Part shown: positions 39,923 to 49,782 of the stretch, one piece after another
Numbering within the stretch: position 1 is the stretch's first letter
Layout of the letters: every line of letters starts with the position of its first letter
Assembly (NCBI GenBank): GCA_036520255.1
Contig: DATDKB010000177.1
Span: forward strand, 1 to 55,462
Direction: 5' to 3'
DNA length: 55,462 nucleotides
Source: Rubrobacter sp.
GTDB lineage: Bacteria > Actinomycetota > Rubrobacteria > Rubrobacterales > Rubrobacteraceae
Notes under the pieces: generated by a model
The model's input: only the letters and a program-made list of their open reading frames with translations
Database searches by the model: none
Told to the model about the DNA's origin: nothing
Translations under genes and position numbers: made by a program

Positions 39923-40202
39923 GAGGTTCCCCCCCCGTATACGGAGAGGGCCAAACGGTCATCACGTGTGACTATCATCATGCCCAAAATTTACCGTCCT
40001 ACGGCGGAAACGTCAGCAAGAGCTTTCACGAGCCGGATACTCCCGGGCGTTCTTCCCAGCTTACGACGGGCTCACGCCACGAATCGTAAGCTTACGAAGA
40101 ACGCACAGACAGCAGGGAGACGGCGGCGCTGAAGGAGATCCAGGCCCCTAGCGCCCGCCGCGGCGCCTTCTTCGCGCATCACCGGGTACAATCGGCGACA
40201 GC

Positions 40203-41372
40203 ATGAGCGAGGAACAAGCAGTACCGGATTCAACGGAGGCGCGGCGCGTACTCGAGGAGCGTGCACGGGGGGCTGGCTTCGACCTCGTCGGCGTGGCTTC
40301 TGCGGAACCCTTGCGTGAGGGCGGCGAGCGTCTGAGGGAGTGGCAGGAGGCGGGGATGGCCGCCGACATGGGCTACATGCACAGGCCCGTGGAGCTTCTC
40401 TCGAATCCGAAGAAGCTACAGAAGAGCGCCAGGAGCGTGGTCTCGTTGGGCGTCTCTTACTATCCGGGGGACCATCCCAAAAACGAGGGCGGGGGCCGGG
40501 TGGCGCGGTACGCGTGGGGACGGGACTACCATGAGGTCATCAAGGCGAGGTTGTTCCGGCTTAGAGAGGAGCTGGAAGAAGAACTGGGGGTCAGGATCAA
40601 AGCGCGTGGTTTCACGGACGCCGTTCCGCTTCTGGAGCGCTCCGCGGCCCAGCGCGCGGGGCTCGGGTTCTTCGGCCGCAACGCCTGCCTCATAAACGGC
40701 GAGGTCGGCTCTTACTTCTTTATAGCCGACCTGATCGTCGACCTCGACCTCATGCCATACTCCCCCGGCACGGGCACATGCGGACGCTGCAGCCGCTGCT
40801 TGGACCGGTGCCCGACCGGGGCCATAAAAGCCCCTGGTGTCGTCGATGCAAGGCTGTGCATCTCGTACCTCACCATCGAGAACAGGGGTGAGATCCCGCG
40901 GGATCTCCGCCCGAAAGTGGGCGACTGGGCCTTCGGCTGCGACGTCTGCCAGGAAGTCTGCCCTTACAACAAAACGAAGGCGTCGAGGAGTCGCTGGCCC
41001 GAGTTCTCCGCGGAGTCCGGCCACGGACCTTACCTGAAGATAGAAGAGGTCCTCGAAATACGCACCGACGGGGAGTTCGAGAAGGTATTTGCCGGGACCC
41101 CCCTCACGCGCCCGGGACGAGCCGGCCTGCTGCGTAACTGCTGCGTGGCCGCCGGCAATTTGAAACGAGGGGAGGCTGTACCCGCGCTCGTTCGGGCGTT
41201 GCGCGAGGATTCGTCGGCGCTCGTGCGCGGGCATGCGGCATGGGCGCTCGGTGAGATCGGGGGCGCGGAAGCATCGCTCGGGGAGGCGTTCGAGACGGAG
41301 AAAGACGGGTGGTGCAGGGAGGAGATAGGGCTGGCGCTCGCGGGTGGGACTGTGAAAGCAACCTTAGGTTAG
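40203..41372 (+). CDS. queG: tRNA epoxyqueuosine(34) reductase QueG
   Basis: ARYAWGRDYH, CGRCSRCLDRCPTGA, CISYLTIE, GCDVCQEVCP, HEAT-like tail. Confidence 0.95.
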   Translation: MSEEQAVPDSTEARRVLEERARGAGFDLVGVASAEPLREGGERLREWQEAGMAADMGYMHRPVELLSNPKKLQKSARSVVSLGVSYYPGDHPKNEGGGRVARYAWGRDYHEVIKARLFRLREELEEELGVRIKARGFTDAVPLLERSAAQRAGLGFFGRNACLINGEVGSYFFIADLIVDLDLMPYSPGTGTCGRCSRCLDRCPTGAIKAPGVVDARLCISYLTIENRGEIPRDLRPKVGDWAFGCDVCQEVCPYNKTKASRSRWPEFSAESGHGPYLKIEEVLEIRTDGEFEKVFAGTPLTRPGRAGLLRNCCVAAGNLKRGEAVPALVRALREDSSALVRGHAAWALGEIGGAEASLGEAFETEKDGWCREEIGLALAGGTVKATLG

Positions 41373-41384
41373 AATAAGGAAACG

Positions 41385-42203
41385 ATGGCAGATCAGATCA
41401 ACTACTACGAGGTGCTCGGCGTCTCGCGAGAGGCCTCACAGACAGAGATCAGGAACGCTTACCGCAACCTGGCGAAAGAGCGCCACCCCGACCATCCCAG
41501 CGGGAGCGCGGAGGAGTTCTCCCGGCTGCAGGAGGCCAATGCGGTCCTCTCCGACCCGAACCGCCGCCGCAAGCACGACGAGGCCCTCGACCTGGCCCAC
41601 GCCGCCGACCAGCTCGCAGGCCTCAACTTCGACTTCGGCGCCGCGGAGGACGAGCTCTCCGCCAAGCGAAGGGAACGCGAAGCCTCCGGTCCTTCCCTCG
41701 GCGAGCGCCTGAGGAACCGCTTCAGCAGGAAGGAAGAGGACCCCTACGAGGAGCTCCGAAGAGAGGCCCGCGGCTCCGGACGCACGACCCGCGGGCGCTA
41801 CGACGTCAGCGAGGACCGCTGGTACGAGCCCCACCGCTTCGACCCCGAGCCGATAAGCCTCAAGAGCGGGGCCATCACCTTCGTCGCGGCCTTTCTGGCG
41901 TTCATCGCTGTAGGACAGATCGGGCTGTGGGCGACGGGTCAGGTCGAGGCTGGGACTTTCGCGTTTGTCACGGTCCTGGGCCCTTTCATGCCCATCCTGT
42001 ATTCGCTTGTAGGGTTGGTCGTGGCATACTTCGCGTTCAGGTCAGCGGGTTACGCGGCGCTGGCGCTCGCGTTCGTGGCCGCGCTCGTCGTCGGAGGTCA
42101 GGGTGGGCCTGAGAACTTTTTGCAGTTCGTGACCGTTGGCATCATCGTTCTGCTGGTCGTGGTCTACCTCGGCAACCGCCGCGAGAGCGCCGCCAGGCGC
42201 TGA
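41385..42203 (+). CDS. J-domain (DnaJ) protein with C-terminal TM helices
   Basis: NYYEVLGV...HPD...LSDP..R; hydrophobic C-terminus. Confidence 0.88.
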   Translation: MADQINYYEVLGVSREASQTEIRNAYRNLAKERHPDHPSGSAEEFSRLQEANAVLSDPNRRRKHDEALDLAHAADQLAGLNFDFGAAEDELSAKRREREASGPSLGERLRNRFSRKEEDPYEELRREARGSGRTTRGRYDVSEDRWYEPHRFDPEPISLKSGAITFVAAFLAFIAVGQIGLWATGQVEAGTFAFVTVLGPFMPILYSLVGLVVAYFAFRSAGYAALALAFVAALVVGGQGGPENFLQFVTVGIIVLLVVVYLGNRRESAARR

Positions 42204-42230
42204 CCCCGCAATTCTAGAAGGAGTGATTTA

Positions 42231-42943
42231 GTGATCCCCACCTCCGATCTGGAGCGCTTTATCTCCGACTTCGAAGAACGTCTTGCGCCCGTGGAGTAGG
42301 CGGCGGACGAGGCATGGTGGATCCTAGCTACCTCGGGACCGGAAGGGGCGAGTGAAGAGTTCGTAGCCGCGGGCAAGGCGTACAGCAATCTGTTCTCGGA
42401 CCCAGACGAGTACCAGGAGCTACGTGACCTATTCGAGGACCTGGATTCCGTGGAAAGCCCGCTCCTGCGACGCCAGGTCGAGGTTCTCTACAGGATATTC
42501 GAGGAGCGGCAGGGGGACCGGGAGATCCTCGGCCGCATCGAGGAGCTGGAGGCCGAGGCAAACGCCATCTACGGGAACCACAGGAGCGTGGTAGGAGGCA
42601 AAAAGCTCGTCGAGAACGAGGTCAAGGAGCTACTGCGTTCCTCGGAAGACGAGGAGCTGCGCAGGGAGGCGTGGGAGGCATCCAAGTCCGTTGGAGGCGA
42701 GGTCGAGGGGACCGTCAGGGAGCTGGCCCAGCTCAGGAACCGGCTAGCCCGAGAGCAGGGGTACGAGAACTACTACGCTCGGTCGTTGGAGCTTCAGGAG
42801 ATCGATGCTGGAGAGCTGGCTGGGATCATGGAAGATCTCGCGTCGGCGACCGACGCCCCGTTCGAAGAATTGAAGCGGGACGTGGACGCGGAGCTGAAGC
42901 AGAGGTTCGGTGTGGAAGAGGTCATGCCATGGCACCTCTCAGG
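42231..42943 (+). pseudogene. 5' part of a host M2/M3-type zinc metallopeptidase, interrupted by the element; also an in-frame TAG at codon 23
   Basis: GTG 42231 with AAGGAG; LRREAWEASKSVG...LRNRLAREQGYENYY...VMPWHLS; homology ends at 42943; TAG at 42297-42299. Confidence 0.88.
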
Positions 42944-44712
42944 CGCGTGCTTTCCTCGCGGACACGCTCGAGTTCCCGCTCGACTTCATCGAGTGAAGCA
43001 CGCCTGGTACGCTCGTCCGCCTCGGCCAGCCTATCCGCAAATTCGGCGACCTCCTGCGTGTAGCGGACCACGCTAGCGTCGAGATCACCCTCGACGGCGT
43101 AGCCCCCGTCGGGGTGGAGGAATACCTTGAGGCCTGTGAGCTCGTAGACGCCCCGCCTGAGGTGGGGTGGGAACCAGTAGAGCCCGAGCCGCAGGCCCGT
43201 GCCGAACATACGCAAGAGCGCCTCGCGCCTCTCCTCGAGTTCTTGAAGTCGCGTGTAGGAGCCCAGGGTGCGAGCGAGCTCCCTGTCGACGCTCGCGCGG
43301 TCCTCGTCTAGTTCTTCTAGCCTCTCGGTGAGCTCGGGAATGGTCATGAGCCCTGCGGCCTGCTGGTCCTGGTAGGCTGCCCTCCTTTTGGCCAGCTGCT
43401 CCAGCCTCCGGCCAAGTGTCTTCGCGCCCGCATCCGAGGCATCCGGGTCGCGGGCAGACCGCCTCGCCCTCTCTATGGCCTCGTCGACATCGCGGGTGAT
43501 CCGCCCGGGCTCCGAGAGCAAGTCGTCGATGGCGAGCATCACCTCGCGTTCAAGCTGCTCGGCTCGGTAGTTCGTCTTGTGGCTGCACCCAGCCTTCGCG
43601 GAGGCCTTCTGGCAGAGGTAGTAGTGGCGAACTGACCCACCTTTGCGGCTTCTCACGGTCCTGGCTCGCATGGCCGCGCCGCACCCCGCGCACCTCAAGA
43701 TCCCAGCGGAAAGTTCCCATTCCCTGCCTCCCGCGCGCGAGGGCTTCTTAGCGTTCGCGAGCTTCTCCCTCGCGGCCTCCACGTGCTCAAGTGGCACCCC
43801 GGCGTTGGGAATCGGCACGGCGAGCCCTTCCTCCCTGTCGCGCATCTCGGTACGCCACCGCTCGCGGTAGGCTCCCGTCAAGTCGCGCTCCTTCCAGCGG
43901 CTCACGTCACGGCGATTGTAGTACCAGAGCCCGTAAGTGCGGTTGGGATCGAGTGTGGCGGCGACCTCCCGAGAGACGAGGGGTCCGACCTCTCCTGCCA
44001 AGTGCGGCCTGTAGGCATCGTCCCATACGATGTTGCGGATCTGCGCCCTGCTCCACCCGAGGGTCGCCCTTGCGGGCGTGGGTACGCCCGCCTCGTCTAG
44101 CGTCTTGCGGACAGCGTTCACGCTCTCCCCATCGGCGAGCATGCGTAAGATGCGTCTGACCACGCCTATGGCTTTGTCTTCCACTCTGAGTCCGATCCTC
44201 TTGCCCGCCTCGTCGAGGACGTACGCGAAGCCGTACTTGGCGACCCCACTACCCAGCACCTTGCCTTCGCGCACCTTCTGGAACGTGCCGCGCCTGCTAC
44301 GCTCCATGAACTTCAGGCGCTCTTGGCGAGAGACCCAGCCCCTGATGTACTTGAGGAGCTGGCCTTCTTCAGAATCGTCGCCCCAGTCGTCTAGGGCGCC
44401 GAGCTTACACCCGTGACGCTCGCATTCCTCGTCAAGCAGCGCCCGGTGGCTGGGCTCGCGGGTGATGCGGTCAGCGTCCTGGGCCAGCACTTTGGAGACA
44501 CCGCCAGCGGCGACGAGGTCCTGCACCCGATCGAGTGCGGGACGGACGAGCTCCGACTCGCTCCACCCCTCGTCGCCTTCCTCGGCGAGGACTTCGAATC
44601 CCTCGCGAGCGGCATACTCCCTTAGCGCTGCGAGCTGCTGTCTGAGGGAGAAGCCTTTGGTTTGCTCCTCTGTGCTTACCCTCGCGTAGAGTATTGCCTG
44701 CGGCCTGTCCAT
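42922..44712 (-). CDS. Large serine recombinase (integrase)
   Basis: YARVS catalytic motif, RPAL, DRITR, recombinase domain, Zn ribbon CAGCG...YYLC...C, coiled coil; 596 aa from ATG 44712. Confidence 0.96.
   Translation of the reverse strand: MDRPQAILYARVSTEEQTKGFSLRQQLAALREYAAREGFEVLAEEGDEGWSESELVRPALDRVQDLVAAGGVSKVLAQDADRITREPSHRALLDEECERHGCKLGALDDWGDDSEEGQLLKYIRGWVSRQERLKFMERSRRGTFQKVREGKVLGSGVAKYGFAYVLDEAGKRIGLRVEDKAIGVVRRILRMLADGESVNAVRKTLDEAGVPTPARATLGWSRAQIRNIVWDDAYRPHLAGEVGPLVSREVAATLDPNRTYGLWYYNRRDVSRWKERDLTGAYRERWRTEMRDREEGLAVPIPNAGVPLEHVEAAREKLANAKKPSRAGGREWELSAGILRCAGCGAAMRARTVRSRKGGSVRHYYLCQKASAKAGCSHKTNYRAEQLEREVMLAIDDLLSEPGRITRDVDEAIERARRSARDPDASDAGAKTLGRRLEQLAKRRAAYQDQQAAGLMTIPELTERLEELDEDRASVDRELARTLGSYTRLQELEERREALLRMFGTGLRLGLYWFPPHLRRGVYELTGLKVFLHPDGGYAVEGDLDASVVRYTQEVAEFADRLAEADERTRRASLDEVERELERVREESTRLRGAMA
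42931..42955. other. Left att junction
   Basis: GGCACCTCTCA-GG-cgCGTGCTTTCC. Confidence 0.85.
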
Positions 44713-45161
44713 CAGAACAGTCCCCTCTCCTCGCCGTACTCCCTGAGTTGGGGAGAGAGCCCTTCCACCTTGCCCTCCTTGACCACCCGCTTGATGAGTT
44801 CCTTCGCCCTTTGATCGTGACCGGGTAGCCACTTGCGGTTCGGCGAGGTGAGTTCTTCGCAGCCACACAAGCATTCCTGAGTTGTGTCGTCCTTCGATAT
44901 CCGCGACACCGGCTGCGGGGGCGTGTCCGCACCGTCCCCCGCACTGGCGTTCCGTGGCCCCTCCGTAGCTGTCCCTAGACCGCTGGGGCCCTGGGTGGTA
45001 TCTGTGGCTGGTGCGCCGTTGCGGCCTATCGCCTTTGCCTCAGCGATGCCGATTCGTCCGGCAAGGATCGCCTCGTAGGACGCCCGCGATATGGTCCGCT
45101 TCGCTAACCCGATGTCTGCGGCTCGTTTTGTGCGACCGTCTATCTTCCTCTGCTCCGTCAT
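44712..45161 (-). CDS. Hypothetical protein with a CxCGC...GHD motif, translationally coupled to the recombinase
   Basis: ECLCGCEELTSPNRKWLPGHD; TGATG overlap; AGGAGG RBS. Confidence 0.75.
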   Translation of the reverse strand: MTEQRKIDGRTKRAADIGLAKRTISRASYEAILAGRIGIAEAKAIGRNGAPATDTTQGPSGLGTATEGPRNASAGDGADTPPQPVSRISKDDTTQECLCGCEELTSPNRKWLPGHDQRAKELIKRVVKEGKVEGLSPQLREYGEERGLF

Positions 45162-45389
45162 CTTTACGCCTCCTGGCTCCAGTGTTTCTGCACTTCCAGC
45201 ACCGTCCTCAAAGCGTCCCTCTCGCGGCCAGGCCGTGCCGGGTATAGTGAACGCGGCGAAGATAGCCCGCGTGATCGGCGTCGAACTCGATTAGGTGAAA
45301 GAGTTCGAGCACCCCGTGGCGCAGGCGAAGGCCGCGAGGCTCGTCGTAGACAATCCTGACACAGACGATAGTGCCGGAAGGCGGCGCTG

Positions 45390-46511
45390 ATGACGCCTCT
45401 AGACGGGATCGTTCTACCGGACAATATCCCCGAAGAGCTCCGGGCCAAACGGCAGTGGATGGCTTGGCGGAAGGGCGAGACCAAGCCGAGCGGCAGGTTC
45501 GACAAGCCTCCCGTGAGCCTCCACCACGGATACGACGGAAGCACCAACAACCCCAGCGATTGGGGCACCTTCGAAGAGGCCATGGGCTTCGCCGAGCGAC
45601 ATGGCCCGCCCGTCGTCGAGTTCGTCTTCACCGAGGACGACTCCTTCTGCGGCGTCGACTTGGATCATTGCCGCAACCCCGAGGAGGAAGCAATCCAGAA
45701 ATGGGCATGGGAGATCATAAGGGAGCTCGACTCCTACTCTGAAGTCAGCCCGAGCGGAACCGGGGTTAAGATATTCATGCGCGGCTCCGTGCCCCGCTCT
45801 TTGAACACCGAAAACTTCGAGATCTACGATGCCAAGCAGCCCTTCACCGTCGCCGGCGAGAGGGTTGAGAGCACGCCCGCAGAGATTCGGGACGCGGGAC
45901 CAGAGCTCATGGACCTTTTCCGGAGAGTGGCGGCGAATGCCCCCCAGAGCGCCCGCGAGAACCCGGAGATCGACGAGGACGAGTCCCCGGTTAAGCTCGA
46001 CGCCAACGGGCTTGCGGTCTGGCGCGGGGAGAAGCCCGTCCACAAGCGGGAGCGGCCCGGCGAGGTGGACCGCAGCTCCACGCTCCAGAAGATCGCCCAC
46101 GTCCTTGCGGAGGCCGGGGCGACGCGCAAGGCTATTCGGGACGCCCTGGCTGACCGTGACATCTCCCTCGGCTACCGCAAGTTCTCCGGCAGGCCCGACG
46201 AGCGGGCCGAGGTCGAGTACCGCCGCAGCGCCAACAAGGCGGTGCGCGAGGCGGAGGCGAGAAGGAGTGTAGTGATCGTGCCCGAGGGAGGCGACCCGGG
46301 CGTGTTCGACGCTTGGTGGCTCCTTGCAGAGGAGTTCCCGCCCATAAGGTGGGTCGTGCCGGACGTACTGCCCGAGGGCGTCACCATCCTGGCTGGGAAG
46401 CGCAAGCTGGGTAAGAGCTGGCTCGCTATGGACCTCTGCCTAGGGGTCGCGCAAGGGGGCGCGGTGCTCGGGACAAAGCGGGTGGAGGGAGAGCCGCCTG
46501 TAGCGGCATGA
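45390..46511 (+). pseudogene. Phage-type primase-polymerase (NrS-1-like) fused to a truncated AAA_25/RepA-type helicase
   Basis: GVDLDHC, YSEVSPSGTG, EIYD; the helicase begins (WVVPDVLPEGVTILAGKRKLGKSW) but stops soon after Walker A. Confidence 0.8.
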
Positions 46512-46972
46512 AGCGGGATGGTGATCCCTGCACAGCCAGTGCCATTGCTGGAGAACGATGATGTTACCATCACCATCCCGCCTACGCGGAAGAACGCCGC
46601 CGCAACGCCTCTCGGGCGGCCACGCTCGGCAACTCGAAGATAGGCGCAGAAATTCGAAGCACGCGCCTCATGGTCAGGGAGCTGTTGGAGGTGACGCTCT
46701 CCGGCAACTTCGACCCCATAGTCCGAAAGCGCCTGGCCGAGGTCGTCCAGTTGGTCCAGTCCTACTGCCGCCTCGCGAAGCTCGAGCTCGCATCAGTGGA
46801 GGCGCCAAGGTTTCCTGGCAAGGACTACGTGGCGCTGCCCGAGAACACGATCGAGAGAGCAAAAGAGTGGGCCGAGGTTGAGGCCGAGAGGGAAAAGCAG
46901 CGGGAGGCGTTCACCGGCAAGCTCCGGGCTCTCGAGAAGGACCCGAGGGTGGCGCTGGAGGCGATGGAGTAG
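46499..46972 (+). pseudogene. Cys/His zinc-finger-like hypothetical protein with an in-frame TGA
   Basis: CSGMKRDGDPCTASAIAGER*CYHHHPAYAEERRRNASR... in frame with ORF 46670-46972; TGA at 46559. Confidence 0.65.
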
Positions 46973-47120
46973 AGGGCCGACCGTAGGAGCCCCGAGTATG
47001 TTTGCCCCTTTCTGCCCCGGCCCCCCTGTGCGATTTCGCAAACACTAGTTGTGTATTTAGGCCATTCTCGTATGCTGCGACCAGGCGTTGCCAACCACTA
47101 AGGGAGAGGAACACCTCACC

Positions 47121-47945
47121 ATGATTGACGGCCGCGACACCCAGGGCCAAGGGGCGGGCAGCTACGTGTCCGTGAACGGCCTCGACATGTACTACGAAAT
47201 TCACGGCGCCGGACAGCCGCTGGTCTTGCTTCACGGCGCTTTTTCGGCGATCGGCACCTCGTTCGAGAACGTTCTGCCGGAACTCGCCGAGATCCGGCGG
47301 GTGATCGCCTTCGAGATGCAGGCCCACGGGCGCACCGCCGACATCGATCGCCCGCTGTCCATGGAGCAGATGGCCGATGACACCGTCTCAGCACTCGAGC
47401 AGCTTGGGATCGAAAACGCCGACTTTTTCGGCTTCAGCATGGGAGCCGGTATCGCCCTGCAGGCCACTATTCGGCACCCGCAAGTGGTGCGCAAACTCGT
47501 GCTCGCCTCAGTAACCTACAACGAGGGCGGCCTCCACCCTGGGCTGATGGAAGGTTTGGCGGAGATGAAACCCGAAATGATGTACGGCTCGCCCTGGCAC
47601 GAGGAATACGTGCGAATAGCGCCAAGGCCGGAAGATTTCGCCACACTGTTTGTCAAAAAGACGCAAATGGATCGGGAAATCCAAGACTTGCCCGCCGAGA
47701 CCATAGAGGCGATAGACGCGCCTACCCTGCTCATCATCGGGGATTCCGACATCGTTCGCCCCGAGCACGCTGTGGAGATGTTTCGCCTGCTCGGCGGCGG
47801 GGTTATAGGGGACCTGGCGGGCCTCCCGAATTCGCAGCTCGCCATCCTCCCCGGCACCACTCACGCGACGCTCGTGGAGCGCAGCGATTGGCTGGGTTCG
47901 ATGATCACGACGTTTCTCGATGCGCCGATGCCCGAGGCCGAGTAA
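47121..47945 (+). CDS. Alpha/beta hydrolase
   Basis: LLHGA, GHGRT, GFSMG nucleophile, GDSD, GTTH. Confidence 0.93.
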   Translation: MIDGRDTQGQGAGSYVSVNGLDMYYEIHGAGQPLVLLHGAFSAIGTSFENVLPELAEIRRVIAFEMQAHGRTADIDRPLSMEQMADDTVSALEQLGIENADFFGFSMGAGIALQATIRHPQVVRKLVLASVTYNEGGLHPGLMEGLAEMKPEMMYGSPWHEEYVRIAPRPEDFATLFVKKTQMDREIQDLPAETIEAIDAPTLLIIGDSDIVRPEHAVEMFRLLGGGVIGDLAGLPNSQLAILPGTTHATLVERSDWLGSMITTFLDAPMPEAE

Positions 47946-48040
47946 GTCGCGATGCTCAGGAATCCTTTCTGAGCTGACGGCGAACCGCATCATCTCGGGG
48001 GGGAAAATAAGCTCGCAGAGGGTTTCTTCACCCGCTGGCG

Positions 48041-48625
48041 CTACTCAGACCACACCTGTCTGAAAAGCCCGGGGTAATCGAGCACCAGTCCCTCTGCGTC
48101 GACCGGTAGCTCGGCGGTGAACCCGCTCGGCAGTGCCTCGAAGCGGTATAAACCGCCGTCAGTTCGCGCCTCCAGGCAACCGTAGCGCTGCCTCTCTGCT
48201 CCTACCAGCAGTTCAGGGACACGGACGTAGGTGACCGCTAGCTCCTCGGATTCACCGGCCTTAAGCCCCAGCCTGCGGATAGGGAGGGTGTTGGTGAAAG
48301 GTGTCGCCGAGATGTCGACGTCAATGCACCCCTCGAGCTCGGGTACAGGTTCTCCGCCTCGTCTCTTCCAGCGGCCCTCCCCGTCTGCGAGCAGCTCCAG
48401 GACCGGCCGCCCCAAGTCCGGGGTAGCCACCCCTACTTCCCGCACCCGCCAGAGCCCGTCGCAGCGTATCTCGTAGCCGATGCGAAACGGGCGACCTGCT
48501 TCAAGGCCGATCACCAACCCGTTTGCCACGACACCTCTGTCGCTGGTCAGGAGGCGCAGATGCTCTAGTCCCGGTTCCTCCCAAGGAACCCACATAGCCT
48601 CGCGCTCCACGCTCGACCTCCGCAC
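48041..48625 (-). CDS. Putative glycolipid-binding domain protein
   Basis: GLEHL, DVDISATPFTNTLPIRRL, QRY, VLDYPGLF. Confidence 0.85.
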   Translation of the reverse strand: MRRSSVEREAMWVPWEEPGLEHLRLLTSDRGVVANGLVIGLEAGRPFRIGYEIRCDGLWRVREVGVATPDLGRPVLELLADGEGRWKRRGGEPVPELEGCIDVDISATPFTNTLPIRRLGLKAGESEELAVTYVRVPELLVGAERQRYGCLEARTDGGLYRFEALPSGFTAELPVDAEGLVLDYPGLFRQVWSE

Positions 48626-48640
48626 GCTCGGATTTGCTGC

Positions 48641-48868
48641 ATGTGCCTACAGTGTAGGGGGAACTGGCAAGACCCACAGAACGTCGTGCAGCTCCTGCAG
48701 TGCTACCTCCGCGCGGCAGAGCTCGAGATGCGGACGGCCGAAGAACCCCTTAGGTCGGACTTGGAGGTGAAAGGTCTCAAGGTCCAGATGCTCGGGCGCA
48801 TCGAGGAGCTGGGGGCGCAGGAGCGAGGAAGGGAGGACCAGCTAGCCAAGTTCGTGCCTGCAATGTAG
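48641..48868 (+). pseudogene. Fragment resembling the C-terminal half of the 46499-46972 gene
   Basis: VVQLLQCYLRAAELEM vs VVQLVQSYCRLAKLEL. Confidence 0.5.
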
Positions 48869-49167
48869 GCATGGGGGTACGAAGTGGGGGCGATGAAGGG
48901 GACACTGGATGGGTGGAGCGGGGCGGCAGCGCCTACCAGCCGGGTGAGTACTTGCGCCAGTGTGTTCGGCAACCTGAGTATCGCGCATACTCCACGTGAT
49001 ACCCGGGCATTACATCATGTGGCTTAAATGATCGTGTGCAGATGTGTTGCACGCTCTTCAAGCAAGCTATCATATTACTAGGGAGGATTTTGGTCCCCGT
49101 CAAGCTGCAGCGAGTTGAGGATGAACCTTGGAGGGAACTTGACTATCCCGGACGCGAGTCTCACTCC

Positions 49168-49394
49168 TCAAGTATCCCGGTACTGCCTGAGGGCCAGCCA
49201 CACGCCGAGCGCCACCTGGGCAGCGCCTAGAACCCTCATCCGGTCCGGCTTCTCGACGAACCACATCCCGATCTTGCGCGTGCTCTCGGGCCGACCACCC
49301 AAAGGCGCGCATGCTCCTTAGGAGCCAGAAACTCTATGAGCCCATCCCCGAGCGTGATTATCGCGAAAGTTTCTACGAGCCTCCTCTTCCACAC
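49168..49394 (-). pseudogene. Small membrane protein with a 1-nt frameshift
   Basis: GGGAGG RBS; VWKRRLVETFAIITLGDGLIEFLAPKEHARLWVVGP / ESTRKIGMWFVEKPDRMRVLGAAQVALGVWLALRQYRDT*. Confidence 0.6.
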
Positions 49395-49782
49395 GGCGCA
49401 CTTTCCTCCCGTTTTCGTGCTGTGTCACGAGCTCGCTGATTCTACAACTCTGCGCGTGCCGGGCTCCACGAATGTCGCCTCGGCGGCATTGTCCGGCGTT
49501 TGCATGCCCCGATCCTATGCGCCGCGTGGTCGTCTCTACGCCTTGTGCGTGGTGGCTAGAGCGTTACGCCCAGATCCAACTCCCCATCTGCCGTGATTGC
49601 TGCGCGGAACGCCACGCGAGTCGTTGTCCCGACTTGCTTCCACCTCCTGTAGGCGGTAAGAACTACCCGCCCCGTCGGCGCCTCCGCTGTACGAGCCGAG
49701 AACAACGATGTGTAACGCGTGCCAGGTCGAGCCCAAGAGAGCTTCTCGGCCAGTGTAACGCAGCCATTAGCGTGCCCAGGAC

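Noticed and set aside
16600-41372. gluQ, queG, PduO and SUF as one queuosine/cobalamin cluster
   Set aside because: Spread over ~30 kb in different orientations with unrelated genes between them; no evidence of co-regulation
42944-43076. C-terminal tail of ORF 42450-43076 (ACFPRGHARV...)
   Set aside because: Read-through into element DNA antisense to the recombinase; not part of the peptidase
44713-44874. N-terminal extension of the recombinase in the ORF track (650 aa)
   Set aside because: Overlaps the upstream gene; the catalytic domain starts right after ATG 44712, which has an RBS and TGATG coupling
31125-46561. Stop-codon recoding (pyrrolysine/selenocysteine) to explain in-frame TAG/TGA codons
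   Set aside because: No pyl/sel machinery in the window; TAG and TGA end many normal genes; the affected genes mostly carry other lesions or lie in decayed regions
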